Assembly (NCBI RefSeq): GCF_018350175.1
Contig: NC_058382.1
Location: 57,476,001-57,540,000 of the forward strand
Length of the DNA: 64,000 nucleotides
Reading direction: 5' to 3'
From: Felis catus
Lineage: Eukaryota
The position numbers and the translations under genes were made by a program. Below, one piece after another: positions 1-11,598 of the stretch; positions within the stretch are counted from its first letter, which is position 1, and every line of letters begins with the position of its first letter. The notes below the pieces were generated by a model, which saw nothing but the letters and a program-made list of their open reading frames with translations, ran no database searches and had not been told where the DNA came from.

Positions 1-226
1 TGGTCCTTAGCTATAGTAATGGGGGCCGGGTTTCTCTGCTTTACTCTCACCGCGGCTGCGCAGATAAACTCTCGCTAAACTCACGCTCTGATTGTTCTCA
101 GTCATCTAAGTTGTGGTGGCCACGACTGAGTGGCTGCCATTATCAGCCAAGCACTGTGTTCAGGGCTAAAGGCCTTGCCATATATCGAACAGTTTGCAGC
201 AACCTCATAAGATGGGGACTGCGCTT

Positions 227-352
227 GGGACACCTGGGTGGCTCAGTCGGTTAAGCATCTGACTCGTGGTTTCGGCTCAGGTCATGATCTCACAGTTTGT
301 GAGATCGAGCCTCAAGTTGGGCTCTCCATGGACAGCATGGAGTCTGCTTGGG

Positions 353-401
<49 letters not shown>

Positions 402-428
402 AGATAAACCTTCAATAACTAAATAAAT
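227..428 (+). mobile_element. Can-SINE
   Basis: tRNA-derived head CACCTGGGTGGCTCAGTCGGTTAAGC, (CT)n body and A-rich tail. Confidence 0.9.
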
Positions 429-584
429 AGTGACCAGAGGCCCAGAGGAGTTTTGTAACTTGCCCAAGGTCACACAGCAAGTGAATGGCAGAGCCAGGAT
501 TAGAACCCACTTATTCAACTACATGGCATTTAATTAACGGTATGACAACCACAATTCGGCTACCACAATTCATCTTTGATTTTC

Positions 585-819
585 TGTTTTTTTCTTTCTC
601 TTTTTGATTTATTTTGAGAGAGAGAGAGAGAGAGAGAGGGCGTGCGCAGGCACACGTGTGTGCAGGGTAGGCACAGAGAGGAGGAGAGAGAACCCCAAGC
701 AGGCTCCACGCTGGCCCTGCAGAGCCCGACTCTGGGTTTGATCCCACAAACCGGGAGATCACGACCTGAGCCAAAGTCACGAGGGAGAGGTTTCCCCGAC
801 CGAGCCACCCAGGCGCCCC
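585..819 (-). mobile_element. Can-SINE
   Basis: Reverse-complement head GAGCCACCCAGGCGCCCC, (GA)n and T-rich tail. Confidence 0.9.
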
Positions 820-1824
820 TCGTTTTCTCTTTAAGTGAGAGAACAACTCTGTGCTTCCTAAATGCAGCCTGTTTGGCAGACAAATGTTCAAAGCCTGGGA
901 TGCCCGGGGCGGCAAATCATAAAAGGAATCCTTCCTACGGGGGGAGGGGCCAGAATCTACCGTCCTCTGCGGGGCCCGGGGCTCCCTTCCAGAGCGAACA
1001 TTCTGTTCTAAAAGCAAGCCTCCTTCCCCTGTGAAACAGTACCTGGGATCTTAGCCACCCTGGAGGTGAAGACTCAGGGGGTGGGGGGAGGGATGGGGGG
1101 TGCTGCTTCTTGGAGGACCCTCTGTGATCACTCTTGAAGCGATCGTAATACGGTCCCGCAGTTGCCATAGCAACTCCCCATCTGGGCTATTTAAATGAAA
1201 TATAGAAAGCATCTTCGGCTTCCAGCCTATCGTGGCTTTGAAGTGTGAACCCTTCATTCATTCAACACCTATCTACACGTGTCATCTCGAGGCCTCTGGT
1301 GGCGACTCAGAGGCTTACGGGGGTCAGACGGTTAATAGAAAGGACTTTTTATAAAAGGACAGGAGGGGATTAACCAAAAGTTGGGGCCTGTAGGGCCCTG
1401 CCAAGTGCACCTCCCCCACTCCCATCTGTACGGGCAGCCGTCTCAGGCCCAGCCCCTCCTTGCTCTGCAAGCATGTAATCCCGGCGTTACAGATCTTTTT
1501 TGGGTTTGTCAAGAATTGTTGAGAGCTGGGTTTGCCTGTGAAATCTTTCCATCTTAAAAAAACTGGCAACCGGTTCAACATTTGGAGCGGGGCTTCTGAG
1601 GACTGGTGTGCAGGTGGCGCACTGCATCACTCAGGGGTCACCTGCTAACGACTATACAACCGTCCAGAAGACAGCAACAATAGGCTGGCAGTTTTCGCTG
1701 ATGGGAAAAGGCATTCGCCATGTCCTAATAAGTGGAAAGAGCAGGTTACAAAAACATAAACAGAGCATAAGCTCTGTTTTGGAAAATAAAAATGTGTGCT
1801 CTGTGTGAAAAAGTCTGAAAGGCT

Positions 1825-2052
1825 GGGGGCGCCTGGGTGGCTCAGTGGGCTGGGCGTCCGACTTCGGGTCCGGTCATGATCTCACGGTTCGTGGATCAGG
1901 CCCCGCGTCGGGCTCTGTACTGATGGCTCAGAGCCTGGAGGCTGCTTTGGATTCTGCCTCTGTCTCTCTGCCCCTCCCCCGCTCAAGCGCACGCGCGCGC
2001 GCTCTCTCTCTCTCTCTCTCAAATATAAATAAAAACATTAAAATAATTTTTA
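1825..2052 (+). mobile_element. Can-SINE (SINEC_Fc-like)
   Basis: GGGGCGCCTGGGTGGCTCAG head, (CT)n and AATAAA tail. Confidence 0.9.
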
Positions 2053-2192
2053 AACTTTTTCTGAACATCTGTATTCCAAACAGACAGGAAAAGAGGGCAA
2101 ATAATCTACCAAACCCCCACCTGTCCACCACACGGATGCTGACCTTTTATTGTACATATTGTCTGCAGCTCTTTTAAAAATAAATGAAACCA

Positions 2193-2409
2193 GGGCACCT
2201 GGGTGGCTCAGTCGGTTAAGCGTCCGACTTCGGCTCAGGGCATGATCTCGCGGTCCGTGAGTTCGAGCCCCGCGTCGGGCTCTGTGCTGACAGCTCAGAG
2301 CCTGGAGCCTGCTTCGGAGTCTGTGTCTCCCTCTCTCTCTGACCCTCCCCCGTTCATGCTCTGTCTCTCCCTGCCTCAAAAATAAATAAACGTTAAAAAA
2401 AATTTAAAA
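2193..2409 (+). mobile_element. Can-SINE (SINEC_Fc) with 17-bp TSD
   Basis: Full-length element; TSD AAAAATAAATGAAACCA at 2176-2192 and 2410-2426. Confidence 0.93.
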
Positions 2410-3469
2410 AAAAATAAATGAAACCAAAGGGATACAGCTGGAATCCTTCTGTGACCCATCTCCCTCCTTCCCTCCCCACCCCCCAGGGCTCACTATTTAT
2501 TCTCCCAGCGTCTGATACGGTTTTGCCGATACGTAAATATTCACAACCAGTACATTATTCTCTTTAAGAAGGTAGCTCGGGTGTAATCATCCTATATCCT
2601 TATCATTTTGCGAGTTGCCTTTTACGCCCGCCTTTACGCTTTATACTCTGGGGTTTACCGGCGGAATCACATTCCGCGTCGCCCGGGCACGCCGTCGCAG
2701 CTTTTGCGTGCCCTCGCCGGTGACATCAGACTCGGGGACTGCTGGGGACGAGCCAACCAAGAACGCGTCGCGGTCTGCCCCAGCTCTCTCCAATTTGCCG
2801 AAACAACCCGTGCCAGAATTAGCTCTCGGTTCAAAGAGCCCTCTTCTCTCCCTTGTCCCCCAGCTGCTGGGCAGCTCGCCCAGACCAGGGATGGGGTCCC
2901 CCCCTGCAGGCTGCAAGCCCCCTCCCCACACTCCTGGTCTCCAAGTCTCCCCAGACTCACTGGTGTGGCTCTGGGGCTCAGGGCAACACCGGCCCCCTTC
3001 CTGCCCCTCCTCCCCCACCTGGGAGGGAGCCAGCCTCCCAGCCCTGGGCGCCTCCCCAGTGGAACCTTAAGGCCCCCCCCCAGGGACAATCAGAAGGGAG
3101 GAGCAGTCTGGGTAATGGTGGGAAGCTCCTGGAGGTAGAGAAGTTGGGCAGGTGCACCAGATAGGTGGACGGACACATAAGGCCTCTGCTTGGCCTCCAG
3201 GGGCCATCTGGGGACACAGCCAGAGGTGGGAGCCAGCGTCCAGGTGAGGAAGCTGGGAAGCACCCCCCACTCCCCGCCGCTTTGCCTGGCTCAGCACAGA
3301 ACAGATGGGAGCAGGGGTGGGTCCTGGGTATGGCCTGGAAGGCAGTGCAGCCCCGTTCACTGACTGTCGCCCGAGCGCCTCCTATGTGAGAGGCTCTGGG
3401 GACGCTGTCCCTGCCCTGGAGAGGGTGACAGTTAATGGGGGAGGGGGCAGATGCCAAAGAGGTAGGGAC

Positions 3470-3920
3470 GGGTCCTGGGGCTCCTGTCACTTTGACCACC
3501 ACCTGGCGACTTAAAACAACAGAAATGTCTTCTCTTACGGTTCTGAAGGCCAGAGGGCTGAAATCAAGGTGTGGCAGGGTGGGGGGGACCTCCAGATGCT
3601 GGAGGCCCTGGGGAGGACACTGCCTGCGTCTTCCAGCTGCTGTGGCTCCAAGCGTCCCTCGTCCCGTGGCCACGTCGCTCCAATCCCTGCCTCTGTCTTC
3701 ACCTGGCCTCCCCCTCTGTGGCTCTGTCTCAAGTCTCCTCTGCTTCCTCTTATAAGCACCACCTGCCATTGGTTTCGGAGCCCCTCCCAAATCCAGGATG
3801 ATCCCATCTGAAGATCCTTAATGTAATTACATCTCAAAGGCCTTATGGCCAAATTCGATCACGTGCGTAGGTTCCAGGGCATGGACACACCATTTGGGGA
3901 CTGCTATTCACCCCACTACA
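3470..3920 (-). mobile_element. ERVL-MaLR solo LTR (MLT1 family)
   Basis: Motifs TTAAAACAACAGAAATG...GTTCTGAAGGCCAGA...AAATCAAGGTGTGGCAGGG; ends in CCACTACA. Confidence 0.8.
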
Positions 3921-4207
3921 GAGGACCTTCTAGAAGAAGCAGATCAGGCCGGAGACCAGTCTCTTGTCCAGGGGGAGGGGTGGGGCCTTCAGGAAAGTGA
4001 GGGGAGGACGGCCGGATCAGCGGTCCAAGGAGGGAAGTGCACAGAGTCCTGGCGCCGGAGAGACAAACAAGGCCTGCTATTCCCCCGGTGGGAAACTTAA
4101 ACTTGATCCCAGGGCAATGAAGCCCACCTCCCAGGGGGCTTTTAGCAAAGGGCTGATAAGGAGCTGTAGCCTGGGGAGGGAAACTCTCTTCTAAATTTAG
4201 GAGGAGC

Positions 4208-4413
4208 TTTTCTTTCTTTTTTTTTTTTTAAGTTATTTTGAGAGAGAGAGGGAGCTGGGGAGGGGCAGAGAGAGGGAGACACAGAATCGGAAACAGGCTC
4301 CAGGCTCCGAGCTGTCAGCACAGAGCCCGACGCGGGCTCAAACCCACGAACCGGGAGATCATGACCGGAGCCGAAGTCAGATGGTTAACCAACCGGGCCC
4401 CCCAGGCTCCCCT
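4208..4413 (-). mobile_element. Can-SINE
   Basis: T tail, (GA)n and CAGAATCGGAAACAGGCTCCAGGCTCCGAGC body. Confidence 0.9.
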
Positions 4414-4724
4414 CTGAGGTTACGGTTTAAAAGGCTATGACTCGACCCATCCTGACCAAGACAAGCAGAATCCAGGCTCGGACGATTGTCCCCGTTGGAA
4501 GATGCTTCTGGGTCTGCCTTCAAGGCACATCAAAGAGGCCCGCCAGGTAGAGCGTCATGCGGTCTCCCCCAAGACACCTTCAGTTTTTCTTTGCTCTTAT
4601 CTTGAACTACAGGGAAAAAGTGGCCATGGTTCTCACGCTGTCATGGCCCCATGGCCCCATGGCACCATATTGGAGTTCGAATGCCTGGCATTTATCCCTC
4701 TTTCTTTAAAAAAAAAAAAAAAAA

Positions 4725-4912
4725 TTTCCTTTGAGAGAGGGCGAGAGAGCGCAAGTGGGGGGAGGGCAGAGAGAGAGAGAGGGAGAGGGAGATCGAGAAT
4801 CCCAAGCAGGCTCCACACTCGGTGTGGAGCCCAACGATCTCGTGACTGTGAGATCGTGACCTGAGCCGAGATCAAGAGTCGGACGCTTACGTGACTGAGC
4901 CACCCAGGCGCC
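4725..4912 (-). mobile_element. Can-SINE
   Basis: Reverse head GACTGAGCCACCCAGGCGCC. Confidence 0.88.
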
Positions 4913-5630
4913 TGTCTCTCTTTCGTTGAATGGGAGCCCAGTTGCCAGAATTCCTACTACCCCCTGCCCGGAAGGACCACCTGCTAAGGGGCCCTGTCCC
5001 GGCCAACAGGCAGCTGGGGACCCACGTGAGGCCACGCAGCCTCTCCCTGTTGGGCGGAACGTTGGTGCTCCCTCCATTCCTGGGGCAGACCCACAGACCT
5101 GGGTTCAAATCCTGCCTGGCTGTATTTCTGTTCACAAATATTTGGGGACATATCCCTGCCCCACTGGACTCCAGCCTGGCCATATGCCTTGCCTGGCTAC
5201 CCCAAAGGGAGGTGAAGTGTCCTCCCTGAGGTCACACAGGCTATAATCGGTAGAGCTGGGATGGGAACCCTCCCAACTCACCCGGTGCCGGCTCCCACCA
5301 CCGGCCCCTCTCCCCATCGGGACAGCCGAGAGCCCCTCTCAAGCCCCATCCAGATGTCTCCCTGCTCTGGAGAAACACAGCTTGGGAGGTGTTTGTTTTC
5401 CCATCCGCCGAGCAGCAGGGATAGAAGGATCTGGACTCTCTATCTGTGCCTCGGTGTCCGGCCGGAAGCTGCTCACGGCCCAGCCCTTCCCAGAGCAAGG
5501 ACGGTCTTCATGGACCACTCAGAGAGTAGCCAACATAACGCGAAGATAACGTCATCGTCCTGAGCTATTGGCACGGTTCACCCACGGACGGGACATCCAT
5601 GTGGCTGTCGTATAAATGCATGAGGGAACA

Positions 5631-5948
5631 CTGTGGTCTTGAGTGTGTGTCCCTCCAATTCACGCGTTGGAACCCAACGCCCAGCGTGATGGTGTTAGAA
5701 GGTGGCACCTTGGGGAGGAGACGGGGTCGTGAGGTGGGACTAGACCTCACGTAGGAGACCCCATGGAGCTCCCGCCCTCACCCCTTCCCTGTGACGACAC
5801 AGTGAGAACCAGGAGAGAGCCCTCACCCGACCACGCCGGTGCCCTGACCTTGGACTTGCGGCCTCCAGGCTGTAAGAAATCAATCTCTGCTCTTTATAAG
5901 CCCTCCCGGTCCGCGGTATTTTGCATAGGAGTTCAGCAGACGAAGACA
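5631..5948 (+). mobile_element. ERVL-MaLR solo LTR (MLT1A-like)
   Basis: TGTGGTCTTGAGTGTGTGTCCCTCC...GTGATGGTGTTAGAAGGTGG...CTTGGACTTGCGGCCTCCAGGCTGTAAGAAAT...GAAGACA. Confidence 0.8.
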
Positions 5949-5974
5949 GGTAAGTACTGTGTGCACGGTCCTGG

Positions 5975-6033
5975 TTTCTTATTTATTTATTTTTTTAAGT
6001 TTTATTTATTTATTTTGGCAAGGGGGGAGGAGG

Positions 6034-6072
<39 letters not shown>

Positions 6073-6170
6073 CCCAAGCTTCTGCACTGTCAGCCCAGAG
6101 CCCAGCATGGGGCTCGATCCCACGAACCCTGAGATCGTGACCCGAGCCAAACTCGAGAGTCGGACGCCCC
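5975..6170 (-). mobile_element. Can-SINE
   Basis: (TTTA)n tail, (GA)n and tRNA-derived segment. Confidence 0.85.
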
Positions 6171-6639
6171 ACGGTCCTGCTGTAGAGAGGAGGAAACTGA
6201 GGCTCGGAGAGGCGGAGAGGTGAAGGCACCGGCCGCCTCTAACCTGGCTCGGCCCGAGTGCAGAGGTGTCTCCTGTCCCCAGCGGTCACCTCCTCACAGC
6301 CGCCCTTTTGGCATCCGTTTCTTGCCTCTCTTCTGCAGCTCACTGAGAAGCGGGGGGCCGGGAAGCAGTGGAGTGACAGTAATGAGGACAGCCCCTCCTG
6401 GGCGGGGGAGGGGCCGCAGGAGGCCTGGCCCCAGCTGGGGCACCCCGGGGGCTGGGCCCCCAGGGTCCACGTTGATCAGGAGCCCTGGGTGAAGTAGAGA
6501 AACAGGGGCCTCCCCCGAGGATCAATCAGCCAGGAGCCGCGAGCTCCGTGCTCCCCGAGGGCCCAGAAACACCAGGGCAACAAGTGACTTGTTTGACTGT
6601 GGATCGCCTCTGCCCCACCCCCACCGTCTTTGAGCAGGA

Positions 6640-7250
6640 GGCTGCCCCTGCCCTAGCAGATGCCTGGCCACTAACAGGGTCACACAGGCCTTGGCACGCC
6701 CCCCACTGAAAGGTGAGGTCCACGTCCCCTCCCCTTGAACTTGGGTGGGGGAGGCTCACAACCGCTGCCCCAATAGAATCCAATGGATAGGCTGCCACGT
6801 GACTTCCGAGGGCCACCCAGCCTCCCCCTGGTCCTCAGGGACGCTTGCTCTGGGGGAAGAAGTCCAGAACGCTGACCCCGCCAGGCCAGGGTGGGGGGGG
6901 GGGGCCACGCTGGGTGCTCACATCCACGCCCTGCTGAGCTCCCGGACGGCCGCCCGTGTTGGCCGCCGGCCACATGAGAGGGGCCACAGGAGAGGGGCCA
7001 CGGGAGAGGGGCCACGGGAGAGGGGCCATAGGAGAGGGGCCACAGGAGAGGGGCCACAGGAGAGGGGCCTGTGGCCGGCTAGCACGACCAGCCAGGCGGA
7101 CCTGACCGCCACCGCATTGACACCCTGCTGGTGAGAACCGCCCCGCTGAGCCCTTCCGGGATCCCCGGCTCACAAAATCAAGGGCAGAATAAACGGTGGC
7201 TGTTTTCCACCGTGCAATTCGGGGGAACCCGGAACAGCTGTCGAGTGACC
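6640..7250 (+). mobile_element. ERVL-MaLR LTR (MLT1F/G/H-like) containing a minisatellite
   Basis: CCCCTCCCCTTGAACTTGGG...GTGACTTCCGAGG...GAGAACCGCCCCGCTGAGCCC...AATAAACGGTGGCTGTTTT motifs. Confidence 0.65.
6976..7069 (+). repeat. 14-bp minisatellite (GAGAGGGGCCACRG) x ~6.7
   Basis: Six full units and one partial unit read directly; one unit has a C-to-T variant. Confidence 0.95.
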
Positions 7251-8629
7251 AAGCGAAGGGTTTCAGAGCGCATCGAGGCGGAGACTTGAGTAGCTAGAAC
7301 CCCATCCCTACCCCCTGCCAGGCCCTGACCGAGGCGGGGATCAGGGAGGGGGGGGATCAGGGCCCGTCCAGGCCTCTGCCGAGACGGGAGCTGCCGGAGG
7401 TCGTCCCCGGCAATGTCACTGGCCCCCTGCCAGGCGCTGGTTACAGGGGATAAAGAGACGCAGCGGCAAAGCCTCTCTCTGCCCTCGAGACCTCACGCTC
7501 CCCTCAGGTGCCCTCTGAAATCCCAGCAAAGGCCAAGCCGCCACTTGAGATTAAATCCAAGCTCCTTGACACACAAACCCAGCTTCGCCCTTTGCTTCTT
7601 GCCCCGGGCACACATCCCCACGGAGCCTCTGTCCCCCGACCCCCTCCACCCACCTCACTGCTCCTCTCCTTCAGGTTTCAGGCGTCACCTCCTCAGGGAA
7701 GCCCTCCTTGATGCCTCTGACCAAGCCCGGGGCCCTCGTAACTTGCCCTCCTGGAGCCCGGCTTTTCTTCCAGAGGGGGCCTGTCCTGACCTGTAAGTGT
7801 CTCCAGCTCTCTCACCAGAGTTAAAACCCATGTGCCGCGAAGCCGGAGACCTAGTTCGGCTCGCTCCGTTCCGGGTGTGGGAAAAATCTGGGACACGCAG
7901 AGCTAACCAGACCTAGCGGTGGGCCTGGCATCATGAGAGCGGAGCCCCGATGGGGACACCGGCAGAATCCTTCCCGCCCCTTCTGCCTTCCGACCCATCC
8001 CGGCGGGTGGTAGGTATTACTGGTTTTGCAGATGAGGAAACTGGGGCCCAGAGAGGTTCAGTAACTTGCCTAAAGCCACTGAGCTTTAGGGAGACGGGCA
8101 GGCATTCGAACCCCATCGCGGCTGGGGCAGGGTGGTGGCGGGGGGGGCGGTAGGCAGCCTTCAGCCCTGCGCCGGTCTTGGGTGCTGCCCTGCCCGGCCC
8201 CACACTCAGCTCCTCTGCGCCCGCTGTCTGTGTGTCTGAAACTCCTCCGGCCTGATTCTGAGTCCCCCCGGGGCTGGTGTCCCGGAAGTATGGTTCTTTG
8301 GCTCAAGGACAGCCTCCGAAAGGCTGTCGCAGCCCAGCCGAGGAGGGCGCTCTCCGTCAGCCTTTCCTGAAAAGCCAGCGTGGACGGTCCTGGCCACTCG
8401 GCAAATGTCACAACCCTGATGCGTTGTCACCCTCTCAAACGCAGGGACTCTCCGCCGCCCTCCCAGATGCGGCGCCTGGGGCCCTGGGAGACGGAGGTTC
8501 GAATCCCAGCTCCGCTTTCTAGCTGGGCGGCCGCAGGTGACCCACTCAGTCTCTCTGAGCCTCAGTTTCCATGAAAGGGACACAAATGGCATCTAGTTCT
8601 TCAGGTTGTGGTTAAAAATTAAGCTACTG

Positions 8630-8866
8630 GGGCGCCTAGGTGGCTCGGTCGGTGGGGCGGCCGACTACAGCTCAGGGCATGATCTCGCGGTCTGGGAGTT
8701 CGAGCCCCGCGTCGGGCTCTGTGCCGACGGCTCGGAGCCTGGGTCCTGCTTCGGATTCTGTGTCTCCCTCGCTCTCTGCCCCTCCCCCACTCACGCTCTG
8801 TCTCTTTTAAAAATAAATAAATACTTAAATTTAAATAAATAAATAATAATTTTAAAAATTAAAAAA
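8630..8866 (+). mobile_element. Can-SINE with 16-bp TSD
   Basis: TSD AAAAATTAAGCTACTG at 8614-8629 and 8867-8882. Confidence 0.93.
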
Positions 8867-9009
8867 AAAAATTAAGCTACTGAATGTGAACGTGCCTCTG
8901 TCCCTAGTAGCCCCATAAATGCCTCTTAGGTCCGAACAGGACGACTGCCTCCGTTGTTACAGGGAAGGAAGACGCTTCCTAAGACAAATGAGGCAAACTC
9001 GTTTCTTTT

Positions 9010-10041
9010 TGAAAAACAAAAAAAAAACCACATTTATTTCTGTAAACTGTTTGAGGGCAGATGTTCACAGCCCCGACACAGCACAGACTTCCTACCCCCA
9101 AATGAGATGAGCAAGGAAAGAAGGAAAAAGAATGGGGCGCATGAAGAAACAAGCCAATCTCATCTTCCTTTGAGAACAAAACTGCGTTTGGACGTGTGGT
9201 GTGGACCACTGACTTTCTGGGGCCACGCAGGCGGGGGTCCGTTCCACCGGCGGCTCGGCGGGGGCCCCCCGAAAGCGAGGAATCGGGTTCTGCCCGAATC
9301 CCCACTCGGCACCCCGGCCTCCCTCCCTGGCGTCCTCATCACCTTGGGAGCCCCTGAAGCGAACCCTGAGAGATGCCAGGTCACAGCTGGACTCGGACCC
9401 GTGTCCCCACTCCGTGCCGCGCAGTGGGGTTCCGAGCAAAAGGGTAGGAACGAGCCGCTGCTGGGCGACGGTTAAGGCAAATTTTCTCTCTTCTCTTCGG
9501 TCGGAGTCAGGCTTCGATGTGTCACTGCCGGGCATGGGTAGCTTAGGCAACTCTGAATGCAGGGGCGAGGGACCCCCGGAGCACGCTGTGGGGGGGTCCG
9601 AGCCTGACGCATGGGATGAACGAGGGTGCTCCCAAGACGGCCCCCCGACGGGCGCGGCCCCCAAGCCACGCAAGGTGGTGGTGGAGAAGCCAGGTGGGCT
9701 GCGGTGCAAGAGAATGCCAGGAAAGGGGGGTCACCGCAGGGGGAACCTCAGATCTGATGATGTGCGTGGCCTTGGGATCAAAATGATTTTTCCTTAGAAC
9801 GAGAAAGAGCGGGGAAAGGAAGAGGAGATAAAAGAAACATGTTCCGCGAGCTTCGGGAGATGGGGCGCAACAGGGCTCGGGCGGGAAGCGGGGAAGGGGA
9901 GGCAGGCGGCAGACAGGGAGGCGCGTGCCTCTCACTGCGTCTCCCGTCCCTGGCGGGCTGGTGGGCTGGTGGCTGAGGCCGCGGTCCCCTCCCCCGGGGG
10001 GCAGGCAGATGACTTTGCAAGGGGCAGGGGAAGGGCTGGGG
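9010..10041 (-). other. COTL1: COTL1 3' UTR (approximate 3' end)
   Basis: Repeat-free sequence after the stop codon, running to the first AATAAA that is followed by a U/GU-rich tract. The cleavage site is inferred. Confidence 0.7.
9033..9038 (-). terminator. COTL1: Polyadenylation signal AATAAA of COTL1
   Basis: The minus strand reads CAGAAATAAATGTGGTTTTTTTTTTGTTTTTC, ~1 kb after the stop codon. Confidence 0.75.
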
Positions 10042-10152
10042 TTACTCCGTCTGGGCGTCGTAATTGGCTCCCCCCGCCTTCTTGAGCTCGCTCTTGATGA
10101 AATCTTCCTCCAGCTCCTTCCGATCGCTGATCACAAACTCTTTAGCAAAATT
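10042..10152 (-). CDS. COTL1: COTL1 coding exon 4 (111 nt including TAA; NFAKEFVISDRKELEEDFIKSELKKAGGANYDAQTE*)
   Basis: Acceptor TTCTTTTCTTGCAG with AG at 10154-10153; stop TAA at 10044-10042. Total CDS 77+83+158+111 = 429 nt = 142 aa plus stop. Includes Lys131. Confidence 0.98.
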   Translation of the reverse strand, partial: NFAKEFVISDRKELEEDFIKSELKKAGGANYDAQTE

Positions 10153-11059
10153 CTGCAAGAAAAGAACAAAAGAAAACACAGAGTTCCCGTGAAGAAGGGA
10201 CAGGATCTACACGTTGCTCAGACGGCACACGAGCGAGTCCTGGCACCTAAAACGCTAAGAAATGATCAAAACGACAATCGCGTGGTAGCGCGGTTTGGCA
10301 AGAGAAAGAAAAACCGTGACTGGAGATCACAAAACGTGGGACATCAGGGTACGGTGTAGGCCCGAGGCCAAGGACGTGGGGCCAAAGTCAGCCCGGGTCT
10401 GAATTCTGGCTCTGCCATTTTCTGGCTGCGTGACCTTGGGCAAGTTCCTTCAACTCCCCGGGCCTCAGTTGCCCTGTCTGTGAAAGACCAACCTGTCAGG
10501 AGAACAGCAGGAGAGGAGGCTGGAAAGCCCGGCTGGAACACCAGGCCTTCCAGAACAAAAAAGAGACAGGAAGAAAGACAAGCGGTGAGTAGCTTTTGCT
10601 CATTTCCATGGTGTGAATATTCCCGCAACGGCTGGTTTCAGCCACAGCAAAGAGCTAAATGGGTACGGCCACTGTCCCCCCCCACCTCCCGCCCCCAGAG
10701 GACACAGGCTTCAACCATAACATCCCACAGGCCAGGCACACGTGGGGCACTCCGTAAATGCCTGTGGCATGAATGCGTGAAGCGGGTGACCGGGCTTATC
10801 CGATAACTCCGAGCCAGGAAGAAGCAACGAATCAACGGCTGTTGTGGTATGTGGGTCACAAGACTTCGATAAACAAGGAAAATTTCAGGATGGTGAAAGA
10901 GACGAATACAGAGAAACTTACCAAGGTACAAGTAACAAGCCTGAAGGTCAGAAAAATCATCCCCATTAAAAAAAAAAAAAAAGAAATCCACAAGGACATT
11001 GTGTTAACAATTACCGCCATTATTAAGCACCTACGGGTACCAGACGCGGTCACGCATTG

Positions 11060-11598
11060 GCAAACTTATAACACTTCAGTGCGACCCAGCCATTTCACCC
11101 CCCAGAGCTCTACACGAGGAAATAAAGCACACGGTCCCACAAATACTCGTACACGAATATTCATAGCAGCATCACTCGTAACAGCCCCTAAAGTGGAAAC
11201 CACCCAGACGTCCGCCGACAAATTGCGGTCTATCCACACAATGGAATATTATTCGGCCACAAAAAGGAACGAACGTCACGGATGAGTCTCAGAACCGTCA
11301 CGCTGAGTGAAAGACACCAGACGTGAAAGATCGCCTGCTCTATGATCCCTTTTATATGAAATGTCCAGAAAAGGCAAATCCACACAGACAGGAAGTAGAT
11401 TGGCAGTTTCCAAGGACTGGGGGTGGAATGGGGTGACTGGTAATGGGGACGGGGTTTCTTCCGGGGCGATGAAGATGCCTTGGAACTAGACAGGGATAGT
11501 GGTTGCACAACACTGTGAAGAACTACCAACGAACTCTATGTTTTAAAACGGTTAGTTTTAGGTTATGTGAATTTCACCTCTATTGGAAAAAAAAAAAA
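11060..11598 (+). mobile_element. Old L1 3' end (L1MB-like)
   Basis: ATCCACACAATGGAATATTATTCGGCCAC...GCTGAGTGAAAGACACCAGAC...GGAACTAGACAGGGATAGTGGTTGCACAACACTGTGAA, then an A tail. Confidence 0.85.

Noticed and set aside
6976..7069. Possible CRISPR-like array
   Set aside because: The units are head-to-tail with no unique spacers, there are no cas genes, and the context is mammalian.
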